Source: Bythopirellula sp.
GTDB taxonomy: Bacteria > Planctomycetota > Planctomycetia > Pirellulales > Lacipirellulaceae
Length of the DNA stretch: 64,000 nt
Reading direction: 5' to 3'
Assembly: GCA_965216565.1 (NCBI GenBank)
Contig: OZ244170.1
Coordinates: forward strand, 3,328,001 to 3,392,000
Position 1 is the first letter of the stretch. Every line of letters begins with the position of its first letter. The position numbers and the translations under genes were made by a program. Below are positions 19,948 to 31,700 of the stretch, piece by piece. The notes under the pieces are model-generated. The model was not told the DNA's origin and searched no databases. It was given only the letters and a program-made list of their open reading frames with translations.

Positions 19948-20586
19948 ATGGAAGCTCATCGAAGATGGGCCGGCCCCGCGCTGGTACTTGTTTTCACCGT
20001 TCTCTCTCAAACCACATTCGCACAAAATACCCGCGTCGAAGAGCGTGATGGCGTGCGTTATCAAGTCTCAACCCGCAAAGTGCAACGCACAGTGCCGGTC
20101 ACAGAGATGCAGGATCGCCATCAGACGGTCTACACCCAGCAAATTACGACTGAGAATCTCACTTCCCAGCAAACGTACATCACTCCGGTTACGCAGTACC
20201 AACCCGTAACGCGGCTACGGGGCCGTTGGAACCCGTTTATCACGCCGTACTACACCTATGATGTAAAGCCGGTTACCACTTGGCATCAGTCGGTTGCCAA
20301 CGTGCAAGTCCCGGTGAGCCGTACAGCTTGGGTACCTCAAACCCAAACCGTGCAAGTGCCCGTCACTACTTACCGCACCGCGGAAGTTGAAGAAACAACC
20401 CGCGTCGCTATGAGCGAGCCGCGCACCTTCGCCACTGCCCAACCACTCGCGCCGACGGCCATCATCGCGGCGCGACCCAGCACTACGGTCATCAGTAGCA
20501 CTCCGCTAGGCGGCGTGGCACTGCAAAACGACCCGCCACGCTCGGGAACTGGCTGGCAATCTCCTGGCAACTCGCGATATCGCTAA
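19948..20586 (+). CDS. Secreted planctomycete-type hypothetical protein with V/P/T/Q-rich beta repeats
   Basis: ATG at 19948 after GAGG; signal peptide; repeated VPVT motifs. Confidence 0.7.
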   Translation: MEAHRRWAGPALVLVFTVLSQTTFAQNTRVEERDGVRYQVSTRKVQRTVPVTEMQDRHQTVYTQQITTENLTSQQTYITPVTQYQPVTRLRGRWNPFITPYYTYDVKPVTTWHQSVANVQVPVSRTAWVPQTQTVQVPVTTYRTAEVEETTRVAMSEPRTFATAQPLAPTAIIAARPSTTVISSTPLGGVALQNDPPRSGTGWQSPGNSRYR

Positions 20587-20691
20587 TCATTTAGTGGTTG
20601 CTTAGTTGATAGTCACTAGAAGGTCACTTCTGGTGACTGAAGCTCGCACATCGCCGCGATCTGCCAGGCTGCCGAGACAAATTGCTCGAAG

Positions 20692-21207
20692 CTATGGAGC
20701 CGTTGACGAACGCCAATGTCGCCAGGAGACATAGCCCATCAACACACCACCCATCGCATAGGCTGCCGCTGCGCACCACATCAGGGTCTCGTGACCTCGG
20801 GCATCCAGTTGCCGAAGCGTGAGTGAAGTGGAGATGGCAAAGAAGGCTGCAAATAGCACGGTGAACCCAACCACAAACGAGTGGTCCACCTCGCGCAGTT
20901 GCTTTTTCATTTCTAACCAATGCTCCCAGCCTGTAATCTGACCATTGATCGGCTCGACCACTTCACGCACGTAGCGACCTGCGCGGGCAATGTTATTCTG
21001 TTCGGCGGTAAAGGAGAGCATCAGGGCTATTAACAAGAAAGGAATCGCGGCATTGGCAAAGGCAGACGGATGCTCGGCGGCCAAGTAGCCAGAGACCATC
21101 ACCAGAACAATCGCGACGATCAGCAACCAGAAGATTCGTGACTTCGATTCTCGGATTTCATCCTTCAACGAGAGATATTGCTGCTTGGTAAATTCATCGT
21201 TCGTCAT
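20692..21207 (-). CDS. Hypothetical membrane protein (about 4 TM)
   Basis: Four hydrophobic segments. Start MTNDEF preferred over the longer, non-protein-like ORF extension. Confidence 0.7.
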   Translation of the reverse strand: MTNDEFTKQQYLSLKDEIRESKSRIFWLLIVAIVLVMVSGYLAAEHPSAFANAAIPFLLIALMLSFTAEQNNIARAGRYVREVVEPINGQITGWEHWLEMKKQLREVDHSFVVGFTVLFAAFFAISTSLTLRQLDARGHETLMWCAAAAYAMGGVLMGYVSWRHWRSSTAP

Positions 21208-21447
21208 CTTGGGCCTCCGAAATTTGAAGCAGGTATTCAAGAAAAGAGTGTGAGAAATAAGCGTTGCAGTCTCCACGTAGTTTCCACGCAAGGTCCAGAT
21301 TCTTGCACTCTCTGTGCAAGAGCCGTCGATCGCCCTCCTCCTGTCGCCTCTGCAAGCCCTTTCGTCACTGTAATCGCAGGATATTCTAAACACAACGGGG
21401 CAAGGCCCGCCTTTCCGAAACAGGGCTCGGTGCGATAAGATGCGTCA

Positions 21448-22449
21448 ATGAAAGTCGCCATCTTCAGCACCAAGCCCTACGATCGCAGGTTCTTCGAGTC
21501 GGTCAACGAAAGCCATGGCCATAATCTCGTGTTCTTCGAGACCCGGCTCAGCAGCGAATCGGTGAAGTTGGCTGCCGGTTTTCCCATCGTATGTGTGTTT
21601 GTCAACGACCTGCTAGATAAGTCGATGGTTGCTGAGCTGGCGTCACACGGCACACGGCTAATCGCGCTGCGGTGTGCGGGCTATAACAATGTCGATTTGT
21701 CAGCTGCCGCCAAGAACGATCTCACGATTGCCCGCGTCCCATCGTATTCCCCTTACGCCGTGGCCGAGCACACGGTGGGTCTATTGCTAACACTTAATCG
21801 CAATATCCATCGTGCGTACAACCGAGTGCGAGAAGGCAACTTCGCCATTGACGGGTTGTTAGGATTCGACCTGCATGGCAAGACAGTTGGCGTTTTGGGT
21901 ACCGGACGCATCGGGGCTCTGGTTTGTAGAATATTAAACGGCTTCGGTTGCAAGCTACTCGCCTACGATGTGAAGCCAAACCCTGATTGCGAATCGCTCG
22001 GCGTCGAGTACGTCGAGCGAGAGGAGATTTTTGCATCATCTGACATCGTCACACTTCACTGCCCTCTTACTCCCGAAACGCATCACGTCATCGATGCCGT
22101 GGCCATCGACCAGATGCAAAAGGGGACACTGCTTGTCAATACTAGCCGAGGCCCGTTGGTGGATACCGACGCGGTGGTTGCTGGTTTGAAGTCGGGCAAG
22201 CTCGGAGCCGTTGGCCTGGACGTCTATGAAGAAGAAGCAGATCTTTTTTTTGAGGACCTTTCGAACCAAGTGCTGCAAGACGACACACTAGCACGACTAC
22301 TCACATTCCCCAACGTATTAATCACTAGTCATCAAGCATTTTTTACCCGCGAGGCAATGCAGAATATCGCAGAGACCACTTTGTCGAACATCACTGCATT
22401 TGAACATGGCGAACTCGATCCCACAAATGTTGTTTCAGAGTCGAGCTAA
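21448..22449 (+). CDS. ldhA: D-lactate dehydrogenase (D-2-hydroxyacid dehydrogenase)
   Basis: [52 protein letters not shown]. Confidence 0.9.
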   Translation: MKVAIFSTKPYDRRFFESVNESHGHNLVFFETRLSSESVKLAAGFPIVCVFVNDLLDKSMVAELASHGTRLIALRCAGYNNVDLSAAAKNDLTIARVPSYSPYAVAEHTVGLLLTLNRNIHRAYNRVREGNFAIDGLLGFDLHGKTVGVLGTGRIGALVCRILNGFGCKLLAYDVKPNPDCESLGVEYVEREEIFASSDIVTLHCPLTPETHHVIDAVAIDQMQKGTLLVNTSRGPLVDTDAVVAGLKSGKLGAVGLDVYEEEADLFFEDLSNQVLQDDTLARLLTFPNVLITSHQAFFTREAMQNIAETTLSNITAFEHGELDPTNVVSESS

Positions 22450-22503
22450 AATCTCCTGGCTAAAGTTATATCCAGTTGTCTTTACGCATGCCGAAAGCCT
22501 GTA

Positions 22504-23763
22504 ATGAATAGAAAAAGTATGCTCCACTTCCCTATTCTCGCCTCAGCTCTGCTGCTGGGCACGCCTGCCCACGCTGGGGAGCTTCCTACCTCTACGCCAG
22601 AACAAGAAGGCATCTCTGCTGAGAAGCTGGAGCAGGTAGATGAAGTCATGAATGGATTTGTCAGTGATCGAATAATCGCTGGCGGAACCGTGATCATCGC
22701 TCGCCACGGCAAAGTAGTTTTCAATGAATGCTACGGTCTGAAGCACCTGGAAAGTAGAGAACCGATCAGTGAGGACACCATCTTCCGCATCTATTCCATG
22801 AGCAAGGCAATCACGTCGTCAGCAGCGCTAATTCTTGCAGATGATGGAAAACTCGACCTGAATGCACCCGTCTCCAGGTACTTGCCAGAATTTGCAGAAT
22901 TGCAGGTGCTAGAGGAGGAGTCGGAGCGTCCCGCACAGCACGAGATGACAGTCACCGACTTGTTCCTGCATACCTCGGGCATCATCTACGGATCAGCAGC
23001 GGGAAGCGATGTCGAGAAGATGTTCGAAGTCGTGAACGTGCTCGACAAGAATTCCGACTTATCCCTGATGACTACTAAGCTGGGACAAATTCCACTCGCA
23101 TTCGATCCGGGCCAAGATTGGCAGTATGGGGCGTCGTCAGATGTACTTGGCCGAGTGGTAGAAGTAGCTTCGGGTCAGGCCCTCGACGAGTTTCTGCGCA
23201 CGCGAATTTTTGCTCCCCTAGGCATGGACGACACAGGATTCTACGTGCCGCCCGAGAAACAAGATCGTTTTGCTGCCAATTACTACTCCGACAATCAAGG
23301 ACGGCTGATCATCCGCGACGAGCCAACGAAAAGTCGCTACCTAAAGATGCCGGGGCTTCAGTCAGGCGGTGGTGGCTTAGTAGGAACCGCGGCTGACTAC
23401 ATGCGATTCCTACTGATGATTGAGCGCGGCGGCGCCGTCAATGGCACCCGCATTCTCTCCCCAGAATCTGTCGGCCTTATGACAACCAATCAACTGCCGG
23501 AGCAGGCCGGTTGGGTGACTTTCGGCGAGGATGTCCAAACGGGCGTCGGTTTCGGATTCGGATTTTCCGTGGCCACGAAACCGCTCGAAGGCGACCCCCA
23601 CGCACGGCAAGACGAGTACGGATGGGGTGGTGCGGCAAGTACCCACTACTGGATCTCTCCCCGCGACGAACTAGTCGTGGTGACGATGGAACAATGCATG
23701 CCCTTCACCACCCGCACGGAAGACGCACTGAAGCCCATTATCTACGACGCGATTATCAAGTAG
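22504..23763 (+). CDS. Serine hydrolase, beta-lactamase class C / esterase family
   Basis: FRIYSMSK (SxxK), LHTSG, PGQDWQYG, SGGGGL, WGGAAST; signal peptide. Confidence 0.88.
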   Translation: MNRKSMLHFPILASALLLGTPAHAGELPTSTPEQEGISAEKLEQVDEVMNGFVSDRIIAGGTVIIARHGKVVFNECYGLKHLESREPISEDTIFRIYSMSKAITSSAALILADDGKLDLNAPVSRYLPEFAELQVLEEESERPAQHEMTVTDLFLHTSGIIYGSAAGSDVEKMFEVVNVLDKNSDLSLMTTKLGQIPLAFDPGQDWQYGASSDVLGRVVEVASGQALDEFLRTRIFAPLGMDDTGFYVPPEKQDRFAANYYSDNQGRLIIRDEPTKSRYLKMPGLQSGGGGLVGTAADYMRFLLMIERGGAVNGTRILSPESVGLMTTNQLPEQAGWVTFGEDVQTGVGFGFGFSVATKPLEGDPHARQDEYGWGGAASTHYWISPRDELVVVTMEQCMPFTTRTEDALKPIIYDAIIK

Positions 23764-23838
23764 CGCAGAGAGTCGGCGTTTTAGAAATCGCAAATACTAG
23801 TCGCGATCCGGCAGATCGCCGATGAGCGATTAATTTGC

Positions 23839-24132
23839 TCAACTGCGTGCACGGCGACGCGATTTCCGACCGCTTGGCGTGGCGGACCAGTCTTTGGTCA
23901 GAGATTCGAATACTTCCGGCGCCTCGTAGCGAACAATCCCCTTGCCCTCTGGCATTGGTCCAATCAGGCCCCGAAAGACGGGCATTCCTCGAAGACTCAA
24001 GTCAGTACTACAATCGTCGATGCCAATTTGGGTATGCATTTCCATGACAGTGTCGTGCTGATCGTAGTCGCGAGTGCGTAATTCGCCGTTTTTTCCTCGA
24101 GTCACAATTCGGATTGTTTTTTCAGCGGGCAT
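23839..24132 (-). CDS. Small hypothetical protein
   Basis: ATG start, protein-like composition, basic C-terminal tail. Confidence 0.65.
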   Translation of the reverse strand: MPAEKTIRIVTRGKNGELRTRDYDQHDTVMEMHTQIGIDDCSTDLSLRGMPVFRGLIGPMPEGKGIVRYEAPEVFESLTKDWSATPSGRKSRRRARS

Positions 24133-24442
24133 AGGTGGGTTCGCACTTGTTGGATTTTTGGGGAGGGCGGTTCAGGACATTAGCAAGCATCGGTATCTGG
24201 CGGGCAAATGTGCGAACGTTTTTTGGTGTCCGTCGCACTACCTACAGAGGGAGGAACCTGCATAGGCGGACTTCTCTGGAGCTTCCTCACAAAATCGCTC
24301 CGAAGAGGACGGCGGGGCTGGTTATGACGGTCCCACAACCCACGAGTTTGCGGGGTATGCCAATTGGCCCTGCTAGAGAGAAATGAAAGGCTAGCTGTTC
24401 TTGCCGGACTGTGCCGCGAACATTAGATTAGAGGGTGCCGAA

Positions 24443-24525
24443 GGAGGATACGCGAATTGGCTAGCAGCCTGACTCGAAATCAGGTGCCCCGCAAGGGGTT
24501 GAGGGTTCGAGTCCCTTGTCCTCCG
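24443..24525 (+). tRNA. tRNA-Ser (anticodon CGA), CCA not encoded
   Basis: Acceptor GGAGGAT/GTCCTCC plus G discriminator; anticodon arm CCTGA-CTCGAAA-TCAGG; long variable arm CCCC-GCAA-GGGG; T arm GAGGG-TTCGAGT-CCCTT. Confidence 0.92.
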
Positions 24526-24531
24526 CTTGAG

Positions 24532-24559
24532 AAGCCTCCGCAGTAGCGGAGGCTTTTTT
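24532..24559 (+). terminator. Rho-independent terminator after tRNA-Ser
   Basis: AAGCCTCCGC-AGTA-GCGGAGGCTT running into a T tract. Confidence 0.85.
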
Positions 24560-24595
24560 CGTTTCAAGAGTGACGAAGTGGGGGCTATTCGCCCG

Positions 24596-26125
24596 CTACT
24601 TTGGCCAGGTAAAACAAATCTTGGTACCCCGGGGCTGGTTCTGTTCAATCCAGATTCTGCCCCCGTTGCTCTCGATAATTCTTTTTACGATTGCCAAGCC
24701 CATCCCACTGCCCTCCACTTCGTCTCGCGGTTGAAGTGTTTGGAACATGGTAAATGCCTTCTGATATAGCTCTGGGCTGATACCAGGACCATCATCACTA
24801 ACCCTAAAGAAAGTCATATCGCGTTGGTCGATCGTCTCGACAAGTATGTTGCCGTTCTCTTGATCGTGATGCTTGAGTGAATTGGAGACGAGGTTGCGAA
24901 TGACTGTTTCTAGCGAAATCCGATAGCCGCGTAATTGAGTGACTTCGAACTGGGTTTTGACAGAGAAACCCTCTTTCTTGTTTAACTCGGAGACATTCTC
25001 CATGACTTCGTTCAGGTCGATGATCGTTTCCTCACCCTGCGAGCGACCCGCTCGCGAATACTCAAGCAAATCGCTCAGCAACTTATCCATGCGCGCTGTG
25101 CGCGACTTCAATTGCTTGAGATGCTTAGCTGCCTCCTCGGACAACTTTCCCTTCATATCTTCTTCAATCCAGCTAGACAAATGACTAATTGCCCTCAACG
25201 GGGCCTTCAGATCATGCGAGGCCACGTAAGTGAACTCTTGCAAGTCGCGATTAACCCGTTCCAGTTCATTGGCGTGTCGCTTCAGATCCGAGATGTCGGA
25301 CCAGGTCGAAGAACTGTAGAGTATTGCCCCATTCTCATCCCTTACCGACGAGACATTCAATATCACAGGCAATTCGCTGCCATCGGAACGCTTGAGCGAT
25401 AGTTCTGCGTTCTCCACTGAGCCTGAGTCCACAAATTGTCGAAAAGCACGCTCGACATCCTTTCGACATCCTTCGTGATAGATGAAGTGAATCGATTGGC
25501 CCAGGATTTGGTCTTTAGCGTCGTAGCCGAGTCGGTCGACGAGAAGCTGATTGCAATCCTTAATGGTCGCATTCAATGGGTCGACGTGGGCATGCATTGC
25601 AGGCGACTCCTCATAGAGAGCTTTGTACTTTCGCTCACTCTCCTGAAGTTGACGAATCAGATTCTGAAGCTCTGCATTCAGTTTTTGCAGAATCTCATTG
25701 TTAAGCTTCTTATCCGTCGCGTCTCGAGCTATGGCATACATGAATGAATCGCCCGGTTGAACAGCCGGACAGGTCCACTCCAACCATCGATACTCGCCAT
25801 CCTTGGTTCTATAGCGATTCGTAAATCCACGTAGATCTTGCCCCTTCGCAATTTCGCCAAGAACTTCCCTGGTGCTCTCTCGGTCTTCGGGATGAACAAA
25901 CTCCATATAGGGTTTGCCGAGGAGTTCTTCTAAGGAATATCCCAAGACGTGCGACCATGCGGGATTGAGCTTTGTAAAATAACCGTCAAGATTCGCGACA
26001 CAGATCAGGTCGAGAGAAATTGAGAAGAACGTTTCAATTTCCGACTCAGTCCAAACCTGAGTAAATCCTGAACCCTCGCCCTGGAGGACACCTTGAGGCT
26101 TTGATGATTTCTGATTGGCAGTCAT
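24596..26125 (-). CDS. Cytoplasmic PAS-PAS sensor histidine kinase (Cph1-like kinase class)
   Basis: Two PAS/PAC domains (FVHPEDRE..; YRWLEW); H box YVASHDLKAPL; NLVSNSLKH, DDGPGI, GSGMGL. Confidence 0.92.
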   Translation of the reverse strand: MTANQKSSKPQGVLQGEGSGFTQVWTESEIETFFSISLDLICVANLDGYFTKLNPAWSHVLGYSLEELLGKPYMEFVHPEDRESTREVLGEIAKGQDLRGFTNRYRTKDGEYRWLEWTCPAVQPGDSFMYAIARDATDKKLNNEILQKLNAELQNLIRQLQESERKYKALYEESPAMHAHVDPLNATIKDCNQLLVDRLGYDAKDQILGQSIHFIYHEGCRKDVERAFRQFVDSGSVENAELSLKRSDGSELPVILNVSSVRDENGAILYSSSTWSDISDLKRHANELERVNRDLQEFTYVASHDLKAPLRAISHLSSWIEEDMKGKLSEEAAKHLKQLKSRTARMDKLLSDLLEYSRAGRSQGEETIIDLNEVMENVSELNKKEGFSVKTQFEVTQLRGYRISLETVIRNLVSNSLKHHDQENGNILVETIDQRDMTFFRVSDDGPGISPELYQKAFTMFQTLQPRDEVEGSGMGLAIVKRIIESNGGRIWIEQNQPRGTKICFTWPK

Positions 26126-26320
26126 TTGAAATTAGCCCGATGCTTTTTGGCAACGCCTCGACTCGATTCTCTATTCAAAGATACGAGAATTCGTCTCGAA
26201 ATGCACTCCCAGCATCGATGAAACTAATGCTGACCCTAGAAGTGAGTGTTCAGCGATTGACTAAACCCATTGCAATCACCATGAGAGTCTGAGGGATTCC
26301 TTAATGAGATCCCACTTGGC

Positions 26321-27061
26321 TCAAATTGCATCAACAAGGAACTGCGGGTTAAGAGGCTTGCGGAACCATCGGTCCACGCCCCCCTCGCCAATCTCTAGAT
26401 TGTTGTCTTCTGGAGTAGAACCGCTAATCGCAAAAACACGTGTCTCATTATGCACACCATCCGAACGCAGTTGGCGGACCATTTCTCCGCCGCTACATCG
26501 TGGCATGTTCATGTCGACTAGGACCACCGAAGGATCGTTATGGCCTGCTAGGTACTCTAGTGCCTCGTCCCCGTCTCGAGCCGATACGACCGTATGGCCT
26601 TGCAATCGAAGAAAACCTGCAAGCATTTCGCGCTCGTTGTCATCGTCTTCCACGATAAGCACGGTCCCTGGTAGGTTTACCGTGCCCCCTGTGTTTGGAC
26701 TCTTTAGCACGTCGTTATCGTCAAGACGTTCGATGGCCCCCTGTATTTCACGAAAAGTATCAGTGGCTTCGTCACTAGCTCCAGCCTTCACCTGCTCTCT
26801 GAACAAATGAAGTCCGATACTAATCGCATGCAGTTCGTTCCGGATCTCGTGACGCACTTCTTTGGGTAGTAGGGACCATTGTTCCCTGAGCTTTTCTGCT
26901 GCTTCCGGATTATCGGATACCTCATCCCGAACAATGACGATGTCGCGGGGTGCGTCGATCCCGACTTTGGCCGTGCCCCCTTGGACTCGGACAAAATGAA
27001 CAGTGATGCCCACTTGTGGAAAAGAAATACGGTCGGATGTTCTGCGCGAGATGACGAGCAT
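26321..27061 (-). CDS. CsrA-domain / HisKA-like helix / receiver fusion protein
   Basis: N-terminus MLVISRR...ITVHFVRVQGGTAKVGIDAPRDIVIVRDE aligns with CsrA; middle HEIRNEL; receiver VLIVEDD..VLVDMNMP..FRKP. Confidence 0.85.
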   Translation of the reverse strand: MLVISRRTSDRISFPQVGITVHFVRVQGGTAKVGIDAPRDIVIVRDEVSDNPEAAEKLREQWSLLPKEVRHEIRNELHAISIGLHLFREQVKAGASDEATDTFREIQGAIERLDDNDVLKSPNTGGTVNLPGTVLIVEDDDNEREMLAGFLRLQGHTVVSARDGDEALEYLAGHNDPSVVLVDMNMPRCSGGEMVRQLRSDGVHNETRVFAISGSTPEDNNLEIGEGGVDRWFRKPLNPQFLVDAI

Positions 27062-27501
27062 TTGTTTTACTACTGAACCAGTAACTCCATTTGTGGTTGC
27101 TCGTGTAAGAGCCCGAATTAGGGCAACCTGCTAAGGGAAACCCACTAAGGACTAACTCGAAAGACTATCACCCAACCTCTACTGCGGTCAACCTAGCGTT
27201 GCTTTAGCCTATAAAAGTGGTGGTTGTTAATTGGGGGACTCCAATCAAGTTGGGTTCCGACAATAGGCCGCACCAAACAGAGATTGGACATTCGAACGAA
27301 ACGTTCACCTGGGAATTAAGGTTTTCCCTCGAATTGTCCGTACAGGCAGTAAATCTGGTACAGCCCAACTGATTTCGAAGAGGAAGAGCCACTTCGGCCC
27401 CTTTCATGGCCTATCTTTGAGAGAAGTTCTAGCACCACAAATATGCGATTAGACAGGTGATCTCTGACTCGGATTGGAAGACAGGAAAAGGCAATAGGAC
27501 A

Positions 27502-27912
27502 ATGACGATTGAAAACGGAGTAGTAGCGGCAACCCGAATCCTGATGATCGAAGACGATTCCGTTGACGAAGAGAATATTCGTCGACTACTGCAAGTCGCG
27601 GATGGCGAGTACGCCGTCTCTGCCAGGACTTGCCTACAAGCCGGAGTCGAAGTTCTTCGATCCGAGGAATTTGACGTTGTGCTACTGGATCTCACGCTAC
27701 CTGATAGCTATGGGATGGATACTGTCAAACGTCTCGTTGAAGAGTTTCCAGGCACCCCGATCATTGTTTTGTCGGGCGTAGATGCCGAGCATTTTGCTCA
27801 GTCGGCTATCGAGCACGGCGTGAAAGACTACTTGATCAAAGGCCAGGCATCGGGGCAAGTTGTCTGCGAAGCAATCAGCCGAGTCATGGAAAGCGTGAGT
27901 TCCGACGCTTAG
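27502..27912 (+). CDS. Single-domain response regulator
   Basis: ILMIEDD, VLLDLTLPDSYG, IIVLSG, DYLIKG. Confidence 0.88.
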   Translation: MTIENGVVAATRILMIEDDSVDEENIRRLLQVADGEYAVSARTCLQAGVEVLRSEEFDVVLLDLTLPDSYGMDTVKRLVEEFPGTPIIVLSGVDAEHFAQSAIEHGVKDYLIKGQASGQVVCEAISRVMESVSSDA

Positions 27913-27955
27913 CCGCTCATGTTGGTGAAGCCCTCAGCCTAGCCTCACGCAATGG

Positions 27956-28396
27956 TCACATCTCCGAAATTGGCGGCATCTCGATCACCCGCCAATAGTG
28001 ATCAAGCAACCCGATTAGCTGAATGAAGTCTTCTCCCGCCTTCGATTTAATCATGTAGCCTGCAACATGATTTTCATATGCGGCCAGCATATCGCGATCG
28101 TCGTCCGAGGTTGTCAGCACAAAGACAATTGATTTATCAAGTTCCGGGTCTTTGCGTAATTCTTCCAGGAACTCAATGCCATTCATGCGTGGCATATTGA
28201 GATCTAGCAGAACGATATAAGGGGGCTCAAGCTTCTCTTGCCCCTCTTCCCCACGAAGCATCTGCAAAGCTTCCATCCCATCCGAGGCATTCACGATCGG
28301 ATTGGCAATTTTGGCTTTTTTGAATGCGCGTTCGATGGCTTCCGCATCAATCGCATCGTCTTCCACTAGTAACACAGTTACCGTATTGCTCGACAT
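27956..28396 (-). CDS. Single-domain response regulator, Rcp1-like
   Basis: LLVEDD, LLDLNMPRMNG, VFVLTTSDDDRD...AY...VAGYM.K, YW near the C-terminus. Confidence 0.92.
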   Translation of the reverse strand: MSSNTVTVLLVEDDAIDAEAIERAFKKAKIANPIVNASDGMEALQMLRGEEGQEKLEPPYIVLLDLNMPRMNGIEFLEELRKDPELDKSIVFVLTTSDDDRDMLAAYENHVAGYMIKSKAGEDFIQLIGLLDHYWRVIEMPPISEM

Positions 28397-28744
28397 ATCA
28401 GATTACTCCCCGTTGCTCGAAACCAAATCACGTTCAATGAGATCGGCTCATGCATTCTCGGGCTAGGGCCGGCAGAAGCATTAATCCAAGTCGACCAGAG
28501 TCCCTGCCATCGCATTGTCTGCGGATTGGTTCCGGTTGGCAAGGTATAGCCGACCCCTCGCAAATCTCGCACGTAAGATACACAGGCGATTCTGCCAATA
28601 TTGCCTGAATGTTGACCGAATTGCACCTGGCTGTTGATCTACTCCAGTGTCTTTTCACTCTTGGTCTGTTTTGTTAGCATAAATCAGCCTTTTCTTATGA
28701 TTCTTACCAGCTACGAATACCCCAATTGATGGAGCGATTGTACG

Positions 28745-31700
28745 TTGAGCGACGACACATCTTCGGCTTTATCTTCCGAGCAAAACAAAATATTAAAATC
28801 AGACAACCTGTATGTTGTCGGCGTCGGCGCATCGGCTGGTGGACTCGATGCGATTGAGCGACTATTTGGCAATATGCCTATCGACTCCAACATGGCGTTT
28901 GTTGTCGTGCAGCACCTTTCCCCAGACTTTGAAAGTCTAATGGACGAATTGCTGGCCCGGCACACATCGATGCCAATCCACCGGGTAAAAGATGGCATGC
29001 AAGTTGAAGCCAACGGAATCTATCTGATTCCACCTAAGAAAAACATGATGTTGTCTCAAGGGAAGCTTCTGCTAACCGATCAGGATTCAGCTGGGTCTTT
29101 GAATCTACCGATCGACATCTTCTTCCGTTCCCTAGCTCAAGACGTGGGCAATCGGGCTATTGCCATTGTCCTTTCCGGGACTGGCAGTGACGGGTCTCGC
29201 GGACTCCGAGACGTTCACGATGCAGGCGGGCTGGTGTTGGTGCAGGACTTAGAGTCCGCCAGTTTCGATGGCATGCCGCGCAGTGCTGCTTCAACTGAAG
29301 TCGTCGACGTAGTCTGCCCTCCCGAATTAATGCCTCAACGAATTCAAGAGTATCTACGCAATCCAGTCGAATTCGACCGTGAACAGATTCATTATCCTGA
29401 CGACCTCACCGGAACCGGCGATCGTTACGAAATATTCCGCTTGTTTCGTCACAAGTTTGGAATTGACTTTTCCCTCTACAAGCCAGCAACCATCGATAGG
29501 CGAATCGAGCGCCGAGTTCAGCTAACTCGCTCCAATGACCTCAAATCCTATGTGGAATCGTTGGAGTCCAATACGGAGGAACTCGACACACTCTATCGCG
29601 ATCTCTTGGTCGAAGTAACGCAGTTCTTTCGCGACCCTGAATCCTTCGATATTGTGCGTACAGAAGTTATTCCGCGCATGGTCGCAGATGCAGAACCAGA
29701 TAACGAACTACGAGCCTGGGTTCCTGGATGTGCCACTGGCGAAGAAGCTTATTCTTTGGCAATGCTGTTTCAAGATGAAATTGCTCGCACTGATAAAGAC
29801 ATTAGCTTTAAGGTGTTCGCCACAGATGTTCACCAGAACTCGTTAGAAATGGCAAGTTCGGGTGTCTACACCCGCGCTGCTTTAGAAAACGTCCCGGAAG
29901 ACTTCCAGTCCAAGTATTTTACGGCTAGCGGCGATCTCTACCACATCACACGTGAATTACGTCAGAGGGTCATTTTTGCTCCCAACGACATAACACGTGA
30001 TCCACCATTTACGAAAATCGATTTTATCAGTTGCAGAAACGTGCTCATTTATCTTGAGCCCAAGGTCCAGAAGAAGGTTCTGTCTCTCTTTCATTTTGGA
30101 CTAGAGACGGGCGGAATCCTCTTCCTTGGCCCCAGCGAAAGTTTAGGAGACCTTGCCAACGACTTTGCAACGATTGATCGTCATTGGCGTATCTATCGTA
30201 AAGAACGGGATGCCCGACTGCCAATGTCTGCCCGGCTGCCAATGACGTCTGCGCTTTCTCGTGTCATTTCCCAACGTCCGCCGTTTGTGGCGAAGAGCCC
30301 TTTGCAAGGTACAGATCCTATTCTGGCAAATGCATTCCATGAATTGCTTACCAAGTATGTTCCCCCTAGCCTGCTGGTCAATGAATACTTCGAACTGGTG
30401 CATTCCTTTGGTGATGCAACAAAGCTACTTATTCAACCCGAGGGCCGATCTACGCTTGATGTGCTGAAAATGGTCAACGGCGACCTACGCATGGCGATGA
30501 GCGCTGCCCTGCACAAAGCCAGCCAACAGAGATCCCCGGTTGTTTACAAGGGCGTCCGAGTCAATCTAGATGATGAGGAACTTCAGTACAAAGTAGTTGT
30601 CGAACCCTTCTTCAAAGACAATCACCGGATGTACCTGATTAGCATGGAGCGCATTGAAGTACCTGTTGCTCCCAAGCCAAGCGAAGAGCAGTTTGACGTT
30701 CAAGAACAATCAACAGAGCGGATCTCAGTATTGGAGCAAGAACTCTCTTATACGCGCGAGTCTCTGCAATCGACCGTCGAAGAACTAGAGACAAGCAACG
30801 AAGAACTCCAAAGCACCAACGAAGAGCTCATTGCCTCGAACGAAGAACTACAGAGCACGAATGAAGAACTGCATAGCGTTAATGAAGAACTCTACACCGT
30901 CAACGCTGAGCACAAGCAAAAAATTGAAGAGCTAACTCAGCTGACGAACGATATGGACAATTTGCTGAAAAGCACTCATATCGGTACGGTCTTCTTGGAC
31001 CGCAGCCTGCATATCCGGATGTTCACACCGGCAATATCGGCTGCCTTCAATATGCTCGATCAAGATATCGGTCGTCCCATTGATCACATTGCTTTCCGGC
31101 TCGATCATCCCAACCTGATGGCAGATGTTAGCGATGTAATGCAGCATGCCAAACCCATTGAACGAGAATGCAAAGGTGCCGATCAAAAAACATATCTCTT
31201 CCGAGTGATGCCCTACAGGACAGGAGCAAATCGGATGGATGGCATCGCCATGACGGTGACTGACATCACGGCAGTAAAAGAAGTCGAAAAAGCACAGCAG
31301 AGGAATGTCGATCTTGCGCGGGCAAATAAGGATCTCCAAGATTTTGCTTACGCGGTATCGCACGATCTCCAAGCACCCCTACGTCACCTGGGTGATGCTT
31401 GCCAAGAGCTGAAGCGGACGATGTCGCCAGTAGAGCTGGAATCGTACGAACAGATGATTTCTCAAATAGGCAATTCTTCTGCCAGTCTGTCCAGGATGAT
31501 CCAAGGGCTGCTGACTTACTCTCGCGTCTCCACACGTGGCAAGACCTTTGGGCCCGTCGATTGCGAGGAAATACTCGTGGATGCGGTCGAGGAGCTTTCG
31601 GAACAGATTACCGACACACGAGCGAAAGTGACGTCGGACGATTTACCCACGATCAGAGCGGATGATCGCCAAATAACTCGCGTGTTTCTAGAGCTACTTG

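Noticed and set aside
22504..23763. Antibiotic-resistance beta-lactamase
   Set aside because: SxxK family membership alone does not show this; most such proteins are esterases or peptidases.
24526..24600. tRNA-Ser as the attachment site of the signalling cluster
   Set aside because: No integrase and no duplicated tRNA 3' end found; only adjacency and an unquantified compositional impression.
27062..27501. c-di-GMP riboswitch or CsrB-like sRNA in the long divergent spacer
   Set aside because: No GEMM-type motifs and no regular series of GGA hairpins on either strand.
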